28,079 nucleotides of DNA from a virus. Lineage: Duplodnaviria; Caudoviricetes. Below the pieces are notes generated by a model. That model saw only the letters and a program-made list of their open reading frames with translations. It made no database searches and was not told the origin of the DNA. The stretch lies in the IMG/VR virus record IMGVR_UViG_3300025805_000202, positions 1 to 28,079 of that record; one strand, given 5' to 3'. The position numbers and the translations under genes are program-made. Shown here one piece after another: positions 9,508 through 17,112 of the stretch. Numbering within the stretch: position 1 is the first letter of the stretch; every line of letters starts with the position of its first letter.

Positions 9508-9677
9508 TTCTTGGCTCCTTTGATTTTACCCTCGGCGTGGTCGTCGCGGGTGCGCTCGGTCAGCGTTACCTCGCCGGTATCGGTGGCGGTATAACTGCCT
9601 CCGCTCGGGGGTTGAGCCGGTCCGGTGGGTCGAGGTGGCGGAGAATCGGGCGTCGGTGCGGTTTTGGCGGTGGCCAT
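9504..9677 (-). CDS. Small hypothetical protein (57 aa, GGSY motif; absent from ORF track)
   Basis: AGGAGG RBS, MATAKTAP...AGGSYTATDTGEVTLTERT...KK; stop overlaps the tail tube ATG (ATGA). Confidence 0.7.
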   Translation of the reverse strand: MATAKTAPTPDSPPPRPTGPAQPPSGGSYTATDTGEVTLTERTRDDHAEGKIKGAKK

Positions 9678-9678
9678 G

Positions 9679-10107
9679 TCAGCCTCCTGACTTGAGGTAA
9701 GCGTCGAAAGAAAAGTCGTCTTGCCAGGCGATCACGCCGCCGTCCATTTCGGCCAGTCGCCCCTTCACGAACAGACAGCCGGTCGATCTATCCTCTGGCG
9801 GCCAGCCATGCAGGGCTGCGAGCACTTGAGCCCGCACCTCCGACAGACCGCCGTCGAGTGCCGATTCCCCCACCGGGTCACGCAGATCGCGCACCTTGAT
9901 CAGCACTGCGAAGGTGCGGGTCGAGCGCTGCAAAGCTCCGGGGGTGGCGAGCAGGTCGCCTCCCGCCGTCTCGGCGACGGGCACGACCCACGCAGCCGGG
10001 AATCTGGCCGGGGTGGCGGCGGTCGCCGAGAATTCGGCCGCACCGCCGACCTTGGCGAGCAAAGAGCACTGCGTCTCAAGGCGGGCTACGATGGCGGCCA
10101 GGCGCAT
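9679..10107 (-). CDS. Tail terminator / neck protein (gp37-like)
   Basis: MRLAAIVARL...VGGAAEF...PAAWVVP...ALHGWPP...WQDDF; TGATG coupling to gp36. Confidence 0.8.
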   Translation of the reverse strand: MRLAAIVARLETQCSLLAKVGGAAEFSATAATPARFPAAWVVPVAETAGGDLLATPGALQRSTRTFAVLIKVRDLRDPVGESALDGGLSEVRAQVLAALHGWPPEDRSTGCLFVKGRLAEMDGGVIAWQDDFSFDAYLKSGG

Positions 10108-10526
10108 CAGATGAACCCTCCGTTGCCCCGATCCCACACCCTGCCGCCGGTCTCCATTTGTACCGATTGTTCGGCCACGGCCTGGGTGGCGGCGGGCGAC
10201 AACCCGAGATCGATCTGCCCCTTGCCTACGGCGGCCAAAAACTTGACCCCGTCTTCGTAGCGCCGACGAACCTCGTCGGAGGCCCGGTCTGCCCACAGGT
10301 AATAGCGGGTGAGGTTGCAGGCGATCCGCACGACAGCCCCCGGCACGGTGGCCAACGGCACCGGCACCCGCCCACCCAGATATCCGTCGATCTCAGCATC
10401 GGCGTCGGCCTGAGCGCGGGCGATCACGGCCTGGTCGATCTGCCCCAGCCGGTCGCGGTCGGTCAGTTCAATCAACTCCTGCTCGCCGAATCGGTCGATC
10501 AGGTCTTGCAGTGAGCTGTACGCCAT
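10107..10526 (-). CDS. Mu gp36-like head-tail adaptor (DUF1320)
   Basis: MAYSSLQDLIDRFGEQELIELTD...AEIDGYL...RYEDGVKFL..VGKGQIDLG. Confidence 0.9.
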   Translation of the reverse strand: MAYSSLQDLIDRFGEQELIELTDRDRLGQIDQAVIARAQADADAEIDGYLGGRVPVPLATVPGAVVRIACNLTRYYLWADRASDEVRRRYEDGVKFLAAVGKGQIDLGLSPAATQAVAEQSVQMETGGRVWDRGNGGFI

Positions 10527-10540
10527 CGTGGTTAACGGGG

Positions 10541-10762
10541 CTATTGGTCCCCGTCCTCCTCCGCAGTAACCGCACCGATTTCGAGGTCGATCTCGACGAC
10601 GGTGAGCATCGGTTCTGCCTTGATTTGGGCAATCTGCTCCTCGGTCAGAACGCTGACGGGCAATTCGGTCACGCCGCTCCAGGCGCGACCGCCCCGCCGA
10701 AATCCGTTTTTGTGGCTAGAGACCCGCAGACCCGGAGTCGTGGTTTTTTTTGCAGCGGCCAT
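10541..10762 (-). CDS. Mu gp35-like (HI1506-related) protein
   Basis: GFRRGGRAW...LTEEQIAQIKAEPML motif; AGGAGG RBS. Confidence 0.8.
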   Translation of the reverse strand: MAAAKKTTTPGLRVSSHKNGFRRGGRAWSGVTELPVSVLTEEQIAQIKAEPMLTVVEIDLEIGAVTAEEDGDQ

Positions 10763-10788
10763 GTTGGCCTCCTATATATATAGGAATG

Positions 10789-10822
10789 GATGATCAGGCG
10801 GGGGCTCCCCCGCCCCATCATC
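10789..10822 (-). promoter_or_regulatory. GC-rich hairpin after the capsid gene (mRNA stabiliser or partial terminator)
   Basis: GGCGGGG/CCCCGCC stem extended by GATGAT/ATCATC; no U-tract. Confidence 0.5.
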
Positions 10823-10832
10823 GAAGGATCGA

Positions 10833-11876
10833 TTACGGCAACCAGGGGACGACAACCACTTCGACGGCGTCGTAGTTGGGGTTCGAGTCGCCGCCGTTGA
10901 TCTGCTGCGCCTTGATGACCTTGTTGGCCGCCGAGCGGTTGGTCATCCCAACCACCAACAGATTGGGTTTGATCCCCAGGGGTTGGCCGTTGTCGCCCTT
11001 GAACCCGCCCATCGCGGCGAAGGCGGCGTCGAAATTGGTTTGGTCCAAGGTCGCCTTGGACCCGAACGCCATTTGCCAGAACCCATACCCGACGTTCGAG
11101 CGCGCCTTGACGCCGTAGCGAAACTCGTCGCGAGAGAACACAGCTTCATCGTCGACGGACGTCATCGCCTGGAAGCTGTAGTCCTCGCGCAGTTGGTAGA
11201 TCAGCGGCTTAAGGGGGCGGCGGGTGTCCATCAAATACCAGGGGGATCCTGCTCCGGCCTGCAAATTAGAGACCGAAGCCACCCCCGACTCGCCACCCAC
11301 AGGGTGGTCGGTATCGAAGAAGAACTGCCCATCGAAGCAGGGAGTGCTCCACCCTGCCGCCAGCGCATTGAACACGAGCTGATCGGGGTGTGACTTGGCG
11401 TTGAATCCCATCTCCTCGAACACGGGGGCCAGCACCCCATACGAATCGTCATTAATCGCGGTTGCTTCGACACCTACGGTCGATTCCCACTTTTTGTTTT
11501 TCAGGGCGTAGTCGTGCAGCGCCAGACTCTGGACCTGCCGATCCCCGATCCATTCGCGGATCGTGGTGCTCTTGCCGATCCAGCCGTATTTCTCTTCGGC
11601 GGTGGTCGAGGGGACCGTGGTGGCGACTTTTGCGAAGAAGGTTTCGGGGGCGCTAAACCCCTTGTTGAAGGCGGCTTTGAAGCCGGTAAAAACCGCGCTC
11701 AAGTTGGCTCGATTGACCACCATCGAGCCGAACGCCAGCCCGGACCAGAGGTCGGGCGCATCCAGGACGGAGCGCGCCAACGGGTAGGCCAGCGCCTCGC
11801 CACCGGGGGCAACCACCGCGACGGCGAAGGCAGCGACCACGCAAGTGAAAATCAAACCGGTAGAAAACTTGTTCAT
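10833..11876 (-). CDS. Major capsid protein (Mu gpT family) with a 51-aa hydrophobic N-terminal extension
   Basis: VPSTT..EKYGWIG, REWIGDR, CFDGQFFFDTDHPV, WYLMDTRRPLKPLIYQ, GYGFWQMA motifs; AGAGGA RBS before ATG 11876; usual gpT start corresponds to 11723. Confidence 0.93.
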   Translation of the reverse strand: MNKFSTGLIFTCVVAAFAVAVVAPGGEALAYPLARSVLDAPDLWSGLAFGSMVVNRANLSAVFTGFKAAFNKGFSAPETFFAKVATTVPSTTAEEKYGWIGKSTTIREWIGDRQVQSLALHDYALKNKKWESTVGVEATAINDDSYGVLAPVFEEMGFNAKSHPDQLVFNALAAGWSTPCFDGQFFFDTDHPVGGESGVASVSNLQAGAGSPWYLMDTRRPLKPLIYQLREDYSFQAMTSVDDEAVFSRDEFRYGVKARSNVGYGFWQMAFGSKATLDQTNFDAAFAAMGGFKGDNGQPLGIKPNLLVVGMTNRSAANKVIKAQQINGGDSNPNYDAVEVVVVPWLP

Positions 11877-11896
11877 GTCGTAATCCTCTGTGGCGA

Positions 11897-12298
11897 TCAG
11901 CCGATCAAGACCCAAACACCAACCGCATCGACATCCTTGCAGACGCCAGCGGCGGATAGGGTGCCGATACCATTGGTGGCGGCCAGGGTCTGGTCGTCCA
12001 CCAGGTAGACGGTTTTGCCGATATGGGTGCGGTCGATGGTGCCGTCGTTGCCGTACCGGAAAACCCCGGCGCGGACGGGTACGGTCAAGCTCCCGGCCAA
12101 CCCGGATGTGTTGTCGCGGGCCTCTTCGGCACGTCCCCGCGCCGTCAGTCCGGTGGAGGTCGAGGCAGGGACGGCGTTGCCCGAGGCATCGAGGCAGACG
12201 ATTGCCCCGGAGTGGATATTGGCGCTCGCGGCGACCGGGTCTTCAAAGGTCGTTCCGTCGCGCACCAAGGTGTTGCGGTCGGTGGTGGTGGCGGCCAT
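11897..12298 (-). CDS. Head decoration/cement-like protein
   Basis: MAATTTDRNT...VYLVDDQT...GVWV; between protease and capsid genes; AGGAGG RBS. Confidence 0.7.
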   Translation of the reverse strand: MAATTTDRNTLVRDGTTFEDPVAASANIHSGAIVCLDASGNAVPASTSTGLTARGRAEEARDNTSGLAGSLTVPVRAGVFRYGNDGTIDRTHIGKTVYLVDDQTLAATNGIGTLSAAGVCKDVDAVGVWVLIG

Positions 12299-12314
12299 GT
12301 GGCCCTCCTGTCGA

Positions 12315-12884
12315 TTAAGCCGCGCCCTTGGCGGCGCGGAACGCTTCGGTCGAAACGCCGGTGGCCTTGCATACCGCCATCTCGGTTTCGCTCAGTTGGT
12401 TGGGCTCTGACAATTCCGGCGGTTTTCCGCCGGTTTGGGTGCCGGATAGAGCCGAGATGGCGGGGGTCTTGTCGAGGTAGCCGCGCAGGGCGGCCACGTC
12501 TTTGACTCCGAGGTCGCGAGCCCACTGTTCTTGGACGGGCAGCAGTTTTCCCTGCTCCAGACCCGAGGCGATCAGGTCGTCCACCTGGGCTGCGTTGCGC
12601 TCGGCTTTAAGCGCCACCACCTCGCCCTTGAGCGCCTCGAAGGCGGAGAGTGGGACGTACTTGGACGGGTCGGGATCGGACGATCCGATCCCCTTGATGG
12701 CGGCGGTCACCGAGGTCCACGGGGCATCGGCAGGTAGCCCCAGGGCGGTGGCCGCCTCGGTTTGGGCCGCCTCGGCGCCCCGCAACAGGCTGATGGCTTT
12801 TTCGAGTTCGGCTGTGAGGTCGGCGTCGGTGGTGGTCAACGGCAGGTTGAGCAGGTAGATCAGGCGTTCGCGCAATTCGTCCAC
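12315..12884 (-). CDS. Nested in-frame scaffolding protein Z
   Basis: GGAGGAAACC-GTG in frame at 12884, just after the protease domain; matches the Mu I/Z arrangement. Confidence 0.7.
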   Translation of the reverse strand: MDELRERLIYLLNLPLTTTDADLTAELEKAISLLRGAEAAQTEAATALGLPADAPWTSVTAAIKGIGSSDPDPSKYVPLSAFEALKGEVVALKAERNAAQVDDLIASGLEQGKLLPVQEQWARDLGVKDVAALRGYLDKTPAISALSGTQTGGKPPELSEPNQLSETEMAVCKATGVSTEAFRAAKGAA

Positions 12885-13478
12885 GGTTTCCTCCGCAGTC
12901 TGGAAGGTCGCGGCGGCTCGGGCCGCCAGGTCGGAATGGCCATCGATGGCCGGGTAGTTGGTGAGCGAGGCCATCTGCACGTCGAGGATCTCTCCCGTGC
13001 CGACGCGGTAGCCGAACACTGGGCTGATGTAGCGGTACTCCCCCGCGCGGATGTGCTCGGCGGCGCGGTCGGTCCAGCGCACGTCGAGGGCGACCAGCCC
13101 CACCCCGTCGCGCCAATCGAGCTTCTTGCACCAGCCACTCGCCGGGGCGGGTTGTCCGTTGTGCTCTGCCTTGAGGGTCTGGTGTTCGTAATCGAGCGGC
13201 ATGTCGCCAGACGCTTGCGCCCACCGAGAGGCAATGGCTCGGGCGCGGTCGGGCGTCAGATACCAGTGGGGGGCATCTTTGGGCCGCCCGTCGCCCTCTC
13301 GGGCGCGGAACGGTCCGGCGGGAATCAGGACAATTTCGGACGGGGGATCTCGGTCGTCGATGGCAGCGCCGCAGACGGCGACGGCGTATTCGACGCGGGC
13401 GACAAAGCCGCGACGCCCCCCGACCTGGGGGGGCCGGTGGGTGTGAGGCGTCGCGAAGTGAGAGGAGATCGTCGTCAT
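12315..13478 (-). CDS. Prohead protease I (Mu gp32 family)
   Basis: DYEHQT, PAPASGW, WTDRA..HI...EYRYISPVF, LTNYPA motifs; start uncertain (13478 or 13502). Confidence 0.93.
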   Translation of the reverse strand: MTTISSHFATPHTHRPPQVGGRRGFVARVEYAVAVCGAAIDDRDPPSEIVLIPAGPFRAREGDGRPKDAPHWYLTPDRARAIASRWAQASGDMPLDYEHQTLKAEHNGQPAPASGWCKKLDWRDGVGLVALDVRWTDRAAEHIRAGEYRYISPVFGYRVGTGEILDVQMASLTNYPAIDGHSDLAARAAATFQTAEETVDELRERLIYLLNLPLTTTDADLTAELEKAISLLRGAEAAQTEAATALGLPADAPWTSVTAAIKGIGSSDPDPSKYVPLSAFEALKGEVVALKAERNAAQVDDLIASGLEQGKLLPVQEQWARDLGVKDVAALRGYLDKTPAISALSGTQTGGKPPELSEPNQLSETEMAVCKATGVSTEAFRAAKGAA

Positions 13479-13511
13479 GCCGGTATCCTTGCGGACCAGC
13501 ATGCGGCGGTT

Positions 13512-13530
13512 AATGGGAGGGGGTTCCGGG
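13512..13530 (-). promoter_or_regulatory. Putative late-promoter activator (Mor/C) site upstream of gene I
   Basis: CCCGGAACCCCCTCCCATT; 17/19 identical to 20846-20864. Confidence 0.6.
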
Positions 13531-13589
13531 TGGGATCTGGGGCGGGCTGTATATTAGTTGCAGTGGTGGCGCGGTTTCGGGTGCATCCG

Positions 13590-13690
13590 TACCCCCTTCA
13601 AAACCCCTTCAACGCCCTTCAAAACGTCTTTTTAGGGTTGCCGATATACCCTAGGTGCCTCTATGCCTTTTTGTTTGCTTAAATCGCGGT
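13590..13690. other. Candidate strong gyrase site between G and I
   Basis: CCCTTCAA at 13594, 13605 and 13615 (11/10-bp phasing) plus A/T tracts; same intergenic position as the Mu SGS. Confidence 0.5.
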
Positions 13691-14227
13691 TTTGAGCGCG
13701 TCGGTCAGCCGGTCGCGCACCACATCGAGGATTGTCCCCTCGTCTTGGCGCGATACCCCCAAAAAGGGACGGGCCGGAATGTCGCCCCAGGGGCTTTTGC
13801 CGCCCGCGAACGAGCGGGCTTTGGCCCCGAATTGCTGCACAGCGGCGTACTCCAGACCCGAGGCGATCACCACCTCGACGGCGGTGGCGCGGGCGTGGAT
13901 TTCCCGACCGAGACGACGGCTCTCGCCGATCAGTGGTTTTTTGTCGGCCAACAGGCCGACCCCCTTGCGGGTGAGGTTGCGCCCCCCCCCTTTTGTTTTG
14001 TGTTTCGACAGTCCGCCGCGACGGCGCAACAACAACAGCACCGTCGTGTCGCTGTTGTCGGGCCAGGGGGATCCGTCGGGTGCGGTGGAGGTTGTGAAGC
14101 GGCGCTTGGTCGATACAACCAGGGCCTCGCCGATGTCTTGCATGACCGGTTTTAGGTCGGTGGTGGCTCGGGCCAAACGTTCGAGCGCCGCCACAACAGG
14201 CGGGGTGTCGATTTCGATGCGGATCAT
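13679..14227 (-). CDS. Virion morphogenesis protein G (Mu gp31 family)
   Basis: DLKPVMQDIGE...RF....APDGSPW...YAAVQQFG...IPARPFLG. Confidence 0.92.
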   Translation of the reverse strand: MIRIEIDTPPVVAALERLARATTDLKPVMQDIGEALVVSTKRRFTTSTAPDGSPWPDNSDTTVLLLLRRRGGLSKHKTKGGGRNLTRKGVGLLADKKPLIGESRRLGREIHARATAVEVVIASGLEYAAVQQFGAKARSFAGGKSPWGDIPARPFLGVSRQDEGTILDVVRDRLTDALKTAI

Positions 14228-14234
14228 TTATATT

Positions 14235-14373
14235 GCCCCTTGGGTTCGCGGCAAAATCTCCCCGCGATCTGCTGAGGGCGCGCCTGACGCCCGAAGGTGA
14301 CCGGGACACTCACCGGTCGGGGCCTCGGCCCGGTGGCGGTGACGGGAGCCCGCCACGCGAACCCCATGGGGGC
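14235..14373 (-). ncRNA. Candidate structured RNA directly downstream of MuF
   Basis: Closing stem plus five internal hairpins; complementary loops CUCC/GGAG; predicted by eye only. Confidence 0.45.
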
Positions 14374-14375
14374 GA

Positions 14376-15545
14376 TCAGGCGCGCCCCTGCTTTTTTCGC
14401 AGCCGCTGAATCTCTCGATCCCGCTTGGCCGCGTCGGCCGACAAACGCCGATAACTGGTCACCCACAGCCCGCCCCCGGTCGTGGTGGTCTTGACCACTA
14501 GAATCAGTCCCCCCACTTCGTCTTCCCTTATATAAATAAGGCTGCGCTTTTCTACGACTTTCCAGGTCGCTCTATCCACCACCTCCTGAGCCTGCGCATA
14601 CTCTTGGGCCGTCAATTCTGGGTGACGGTCGATCTGCTTGTGGGCGCTGTCCGCTGACAGGTGGGCCACCGTCACCCCCTCCTGAGCCCCCAGGGCCGCT
14701 GCGTCCTCCGGCGGCAGTCGCACCAACGGGAAAGACCCCGAGGGGGCGCGATACCAACGGTCGAAAACGTCGGCGGCCAGCCAGCTCTGAATCAGATCGA
14801 TGGCTGGTCGGGGCGGGAGCTGGTCGAGCTTCGGGGCGAGAGATCGCACCGCATCGACCGCCCCCCCGCCGGGCTTGTAGCCCCATCCCCGGTCGATACC
14901 TGGCGGTTCCCCTGTTTTGTCGCTGGTTTGGTCCCACCCGTCTGGGATCGCCTTATCGGGGTTACCGCCCAGGCGGCGAGCCCCGTCCGCAGAGCGTGCG
15001 CCTGCCACGTGACACCCGCAGCCCCAGCCGTTGGGTGGGTAGTGGGTGGCCCAAAACTGGTGATCCTTGGGGAGTGTCAACCCGTTCCAGGCCAGATGCT
15101 GCGGTCTCGGATTGAGCGCCGAATCGCTGTGCAGATACACCCAAAAGGGGAAGTCTTGCAGTTGCGCGAGACGGCCAGCGGCATAGGCGGTCGAGGCGTT
15201 GGTGGCGTAGATCATCCGGGTGCGCCACGCTTGGCCTGCCCCGCTGTCTTCGCCTGTCCAGCCGTGCCAGCCCATCCGCGTGACGATGTCGCGGAAATCG
15301 CGGCGGAACCCATCCAGGCTGCGGCCCTCGGCGATGGCTCGATCTACAGCCCCAGCCAGCGCCGCCAATAGATCGGCACGCAGCGCACCCGCCACCATGA
15401 ACCCACGGTCGTGCTCGCCTTTGAACACATCGTCCCACCGAGCGGTGGGGACAAGGTTGCCCAGCTTTCCTCGGAAAAACGCGACCTGTTCGGCGAACGG
15501 TTTAGCGAATGCTCCAGAGACGCTGGAGGGACGCGAATCAATCAC
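14376..15545 (-). CDS. MuF (gp30) head morphogenesis protein with a C-terminal BECR/PBECR-like nuclease extension
   Basis: PRPQHLAWNG..L...HQFWATHYPPNGWGCGC MuF core; ~160-aa tail with KQIDRHPEL..QEY and VVKTT..G..LWVTSYRR; GTG start at 15545. Confidence 0.85.
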   Translation of the reverse strand: MIDSRPSSVSGAFAKPFAEQVAFFRGKLGNLVPTARWDDVFKGEHDRGFMVAGALRADLLAALAGAVDRAIAEGRSLDGFRRDFRDIVTRMGWHGWTGEDSGAGQAWRTRMIYATNASTAYAAGRLAQLQDFPFWVYLHSDSALNPRPQHLAWNGLTLPKDHQFWATHYPPNGWGCGCHVAGARSADGARRLGGNPDKAIPDGWDQTSDKTGEPPGIDRGWGYKPGGGAVDAVRSLAPKLDQLPPRPAIDLIQSWLAADVFDRWYRAPSGSFPLVRLPPEDAAALGAQEGVTVAHLSADSAHKQIDRHPELTAQEYAQAQEVVDRATWKVVEKRSLIYIREDEVGGLILVVKTTTTGGGLWVTSYRRLSADAAKRDREIQRLRKKQGRA

Positions 15546-17112
15546 TCGATCCCTCGACCACGTCGAAGATCCCTGCCGCCGCCGCCGCTTGCCCAGCCTC
15601 GGCCAGAGTCGAGGCGAGAGTGTCAAGCCCGAGACCTGGACCTGCTGCCAATAACTTGCCGCGCAGCTCTTCGAGCGATTCGGCCTCGCCGAGCAGAAGC
15701 TCGATCTGGGCCATCCAGACCCCGACGGCCTCGTGCCCCTGCCGGGCCAGTCGGTCGGCGATCAGCTCGTCGGGGCGGGGCAGATTTTGCTTGAGACCTG
15801 TCAGCGTCGCTCGGGCCGAGACCTCGCCACCGACCGGTGGCTGCGGCGTCGAGGCGACCGACAGCACCGCCTCCCCATCCTGGGCCTCGGGGATGCGCAG
15901 TTTATCGTGAGCCCAGCGTGCCGGGATTTTCATCCCGACCTGTACCAGCTTGGGCACCGCCTCGGAATACAGAGCCAGATCTTCCGCTTCGGAGGTGTCG
16001 AACACGAACCGAGGGCACCGGCGCAGATCGGAACTCCCCCGATTGAGCGCCAAAATCGGATAGATCAGGTCTCGGGTGAGCGTCCCGGCAATCTGGCGGG
16101 CGTCGCTGACCAATAGGTCGCGCCGGACCTCGTTGTGGACGCTGGCCGTATTGCTGCCCAATCCGGTATTGGTCGCCTCGCTGGTGGCGACGCCCCCTAG
16201 AATCACCTTCGACTGCGTTCGTTCGCACCACCCGACCATCGCCAGGAACGGATCGGCCCCTCCTTTGGCTGCCTCCTTGAATTCGATTTCCATCCCTTTG
16301 GGGATGATCCCCGCCGCCGCGTGACCGATGTTGACGACCGCGCGGAGCAGGGTCGCCTTTTCGGCGGGTGAGGCCCCCGATTCGTAGCGGCCCAGGCGCA
16401 ATGGCAGGCCGCAAATCTCCAAGAATTCGGCCAGGTCGCGCACCGAGTAGTTCTTGAAGAGGAAGAGCCACGCCAGGGTGCGGTAAATTCCTTCGCGGGC
16501 CAGTGTGCCGTTGCGCCCCTGGTGGCGGTGGACCACCCACCCGAACGGGTTGAGTGTTTCGCCGTCGAGGCTGTGGCCGTTGCGCAGCCGGATCTCTGAG
16601 CGGGTCGCGGTGTCGAGGCAGAACCAGCGCTGAGGGCGCGGGGTGACGGAGGTGGGGAGGCGCTCGCTGCCGTAACGTCCCCATTCGATTTCGGCGCACG
16701 CGAAACCCTTACCGACGGCGTCGGTGAGCCCGAGCAACACATCGTCGAGATCGGGGTAATCGCGCAACACCTCTTCGACGTAGGCGGCATCCCCCTCCTC
16801 TTGCGGAGTAGGGTTGCGCGGGGGCGTGATCGACCAATCCAGGGTAAGGACCGCCCGCTGGCGCTTGCCCATCTCGGCGGCGAGGTGGCCGTCTTTTTCT
16901 TCCATGTCGGCGAACAGGTCGGACTGCTGGGCGATGTCGCCGCGCTCTGCCCCCTCCAGCAGCGCCGACAGCTTGGCAGGTGTCAACCCCCGCACTGGGT
17001 GCAGCTCGAATTCCTGCTTGATTTGCGCGATTTGCGAGGTTTGAGGCTCTCCCCCAACGTCGGCGCGGCGGATGGGCTGGCCGTAGGGGTCGAAGATCGT
17101 GTAATCGGCCAT
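15538..17112 (-). CDS. Portal protein (Mu gp29, DUF935)
   Basis: DMEEKDGHL, GKGFACAEIEW, AEFLEICGLPLRLGRY, SKVILG, VHNEVRRD motifs. Confidence 0.95.
   Translation of the reverse strand: MADYTIFDPYGQPIRRADVGGEPQTSQIAQIKQEFELHPVRGLTPAKLSALLEGAERGDIAQQSDLFADMEEKDGHLAAEMGKRQRAVLTLDWSITPPRNPTPQEEGDAAYVEEVLRDYPDLDDVLLGLTDAVGKGFACAEIEWGRYGSERLPTSVTPRPQRWFCLDTATRSEIRLRNGHSLDGETLNPFGWVVHRHQGRNGTLAREGIYRTLAWLFLFKNYSVRDLAEFLEICGLPLRLGRYESGASPAEKATLLRAVVNIGHAAAGIIPKGMEIEFKEAAKGGADPFLAMVGWCERTQSKVILGGVATSEATNTGLGSNTASVHNEVRRDLLVSDARQIAGTLTRDLIYPILALNRGSSDLRRCPRFVFDTSEAEDLALYSEAVPKLVQVGMKIPARWAHDKLRIPEAQDGEAVLSVASTPQPPVGGEVSARATLTGLKQNLPRPDELIADRLARQGHEAVGVWMAQIELLLGEAESLEELRGKLLAAGPGLGLDTLASTLAEAGQAAAAAGIFDVVEGSSD

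Noticed and set aside
14224-14466. 80-aa ORF downstream of MuF as an immunity protein
   Set aside because: Overlaps MuF by ~90 nt, has no clear RBS and a low-complexity basic sequence; its stop does overlap the G start, so it is not fully excluded
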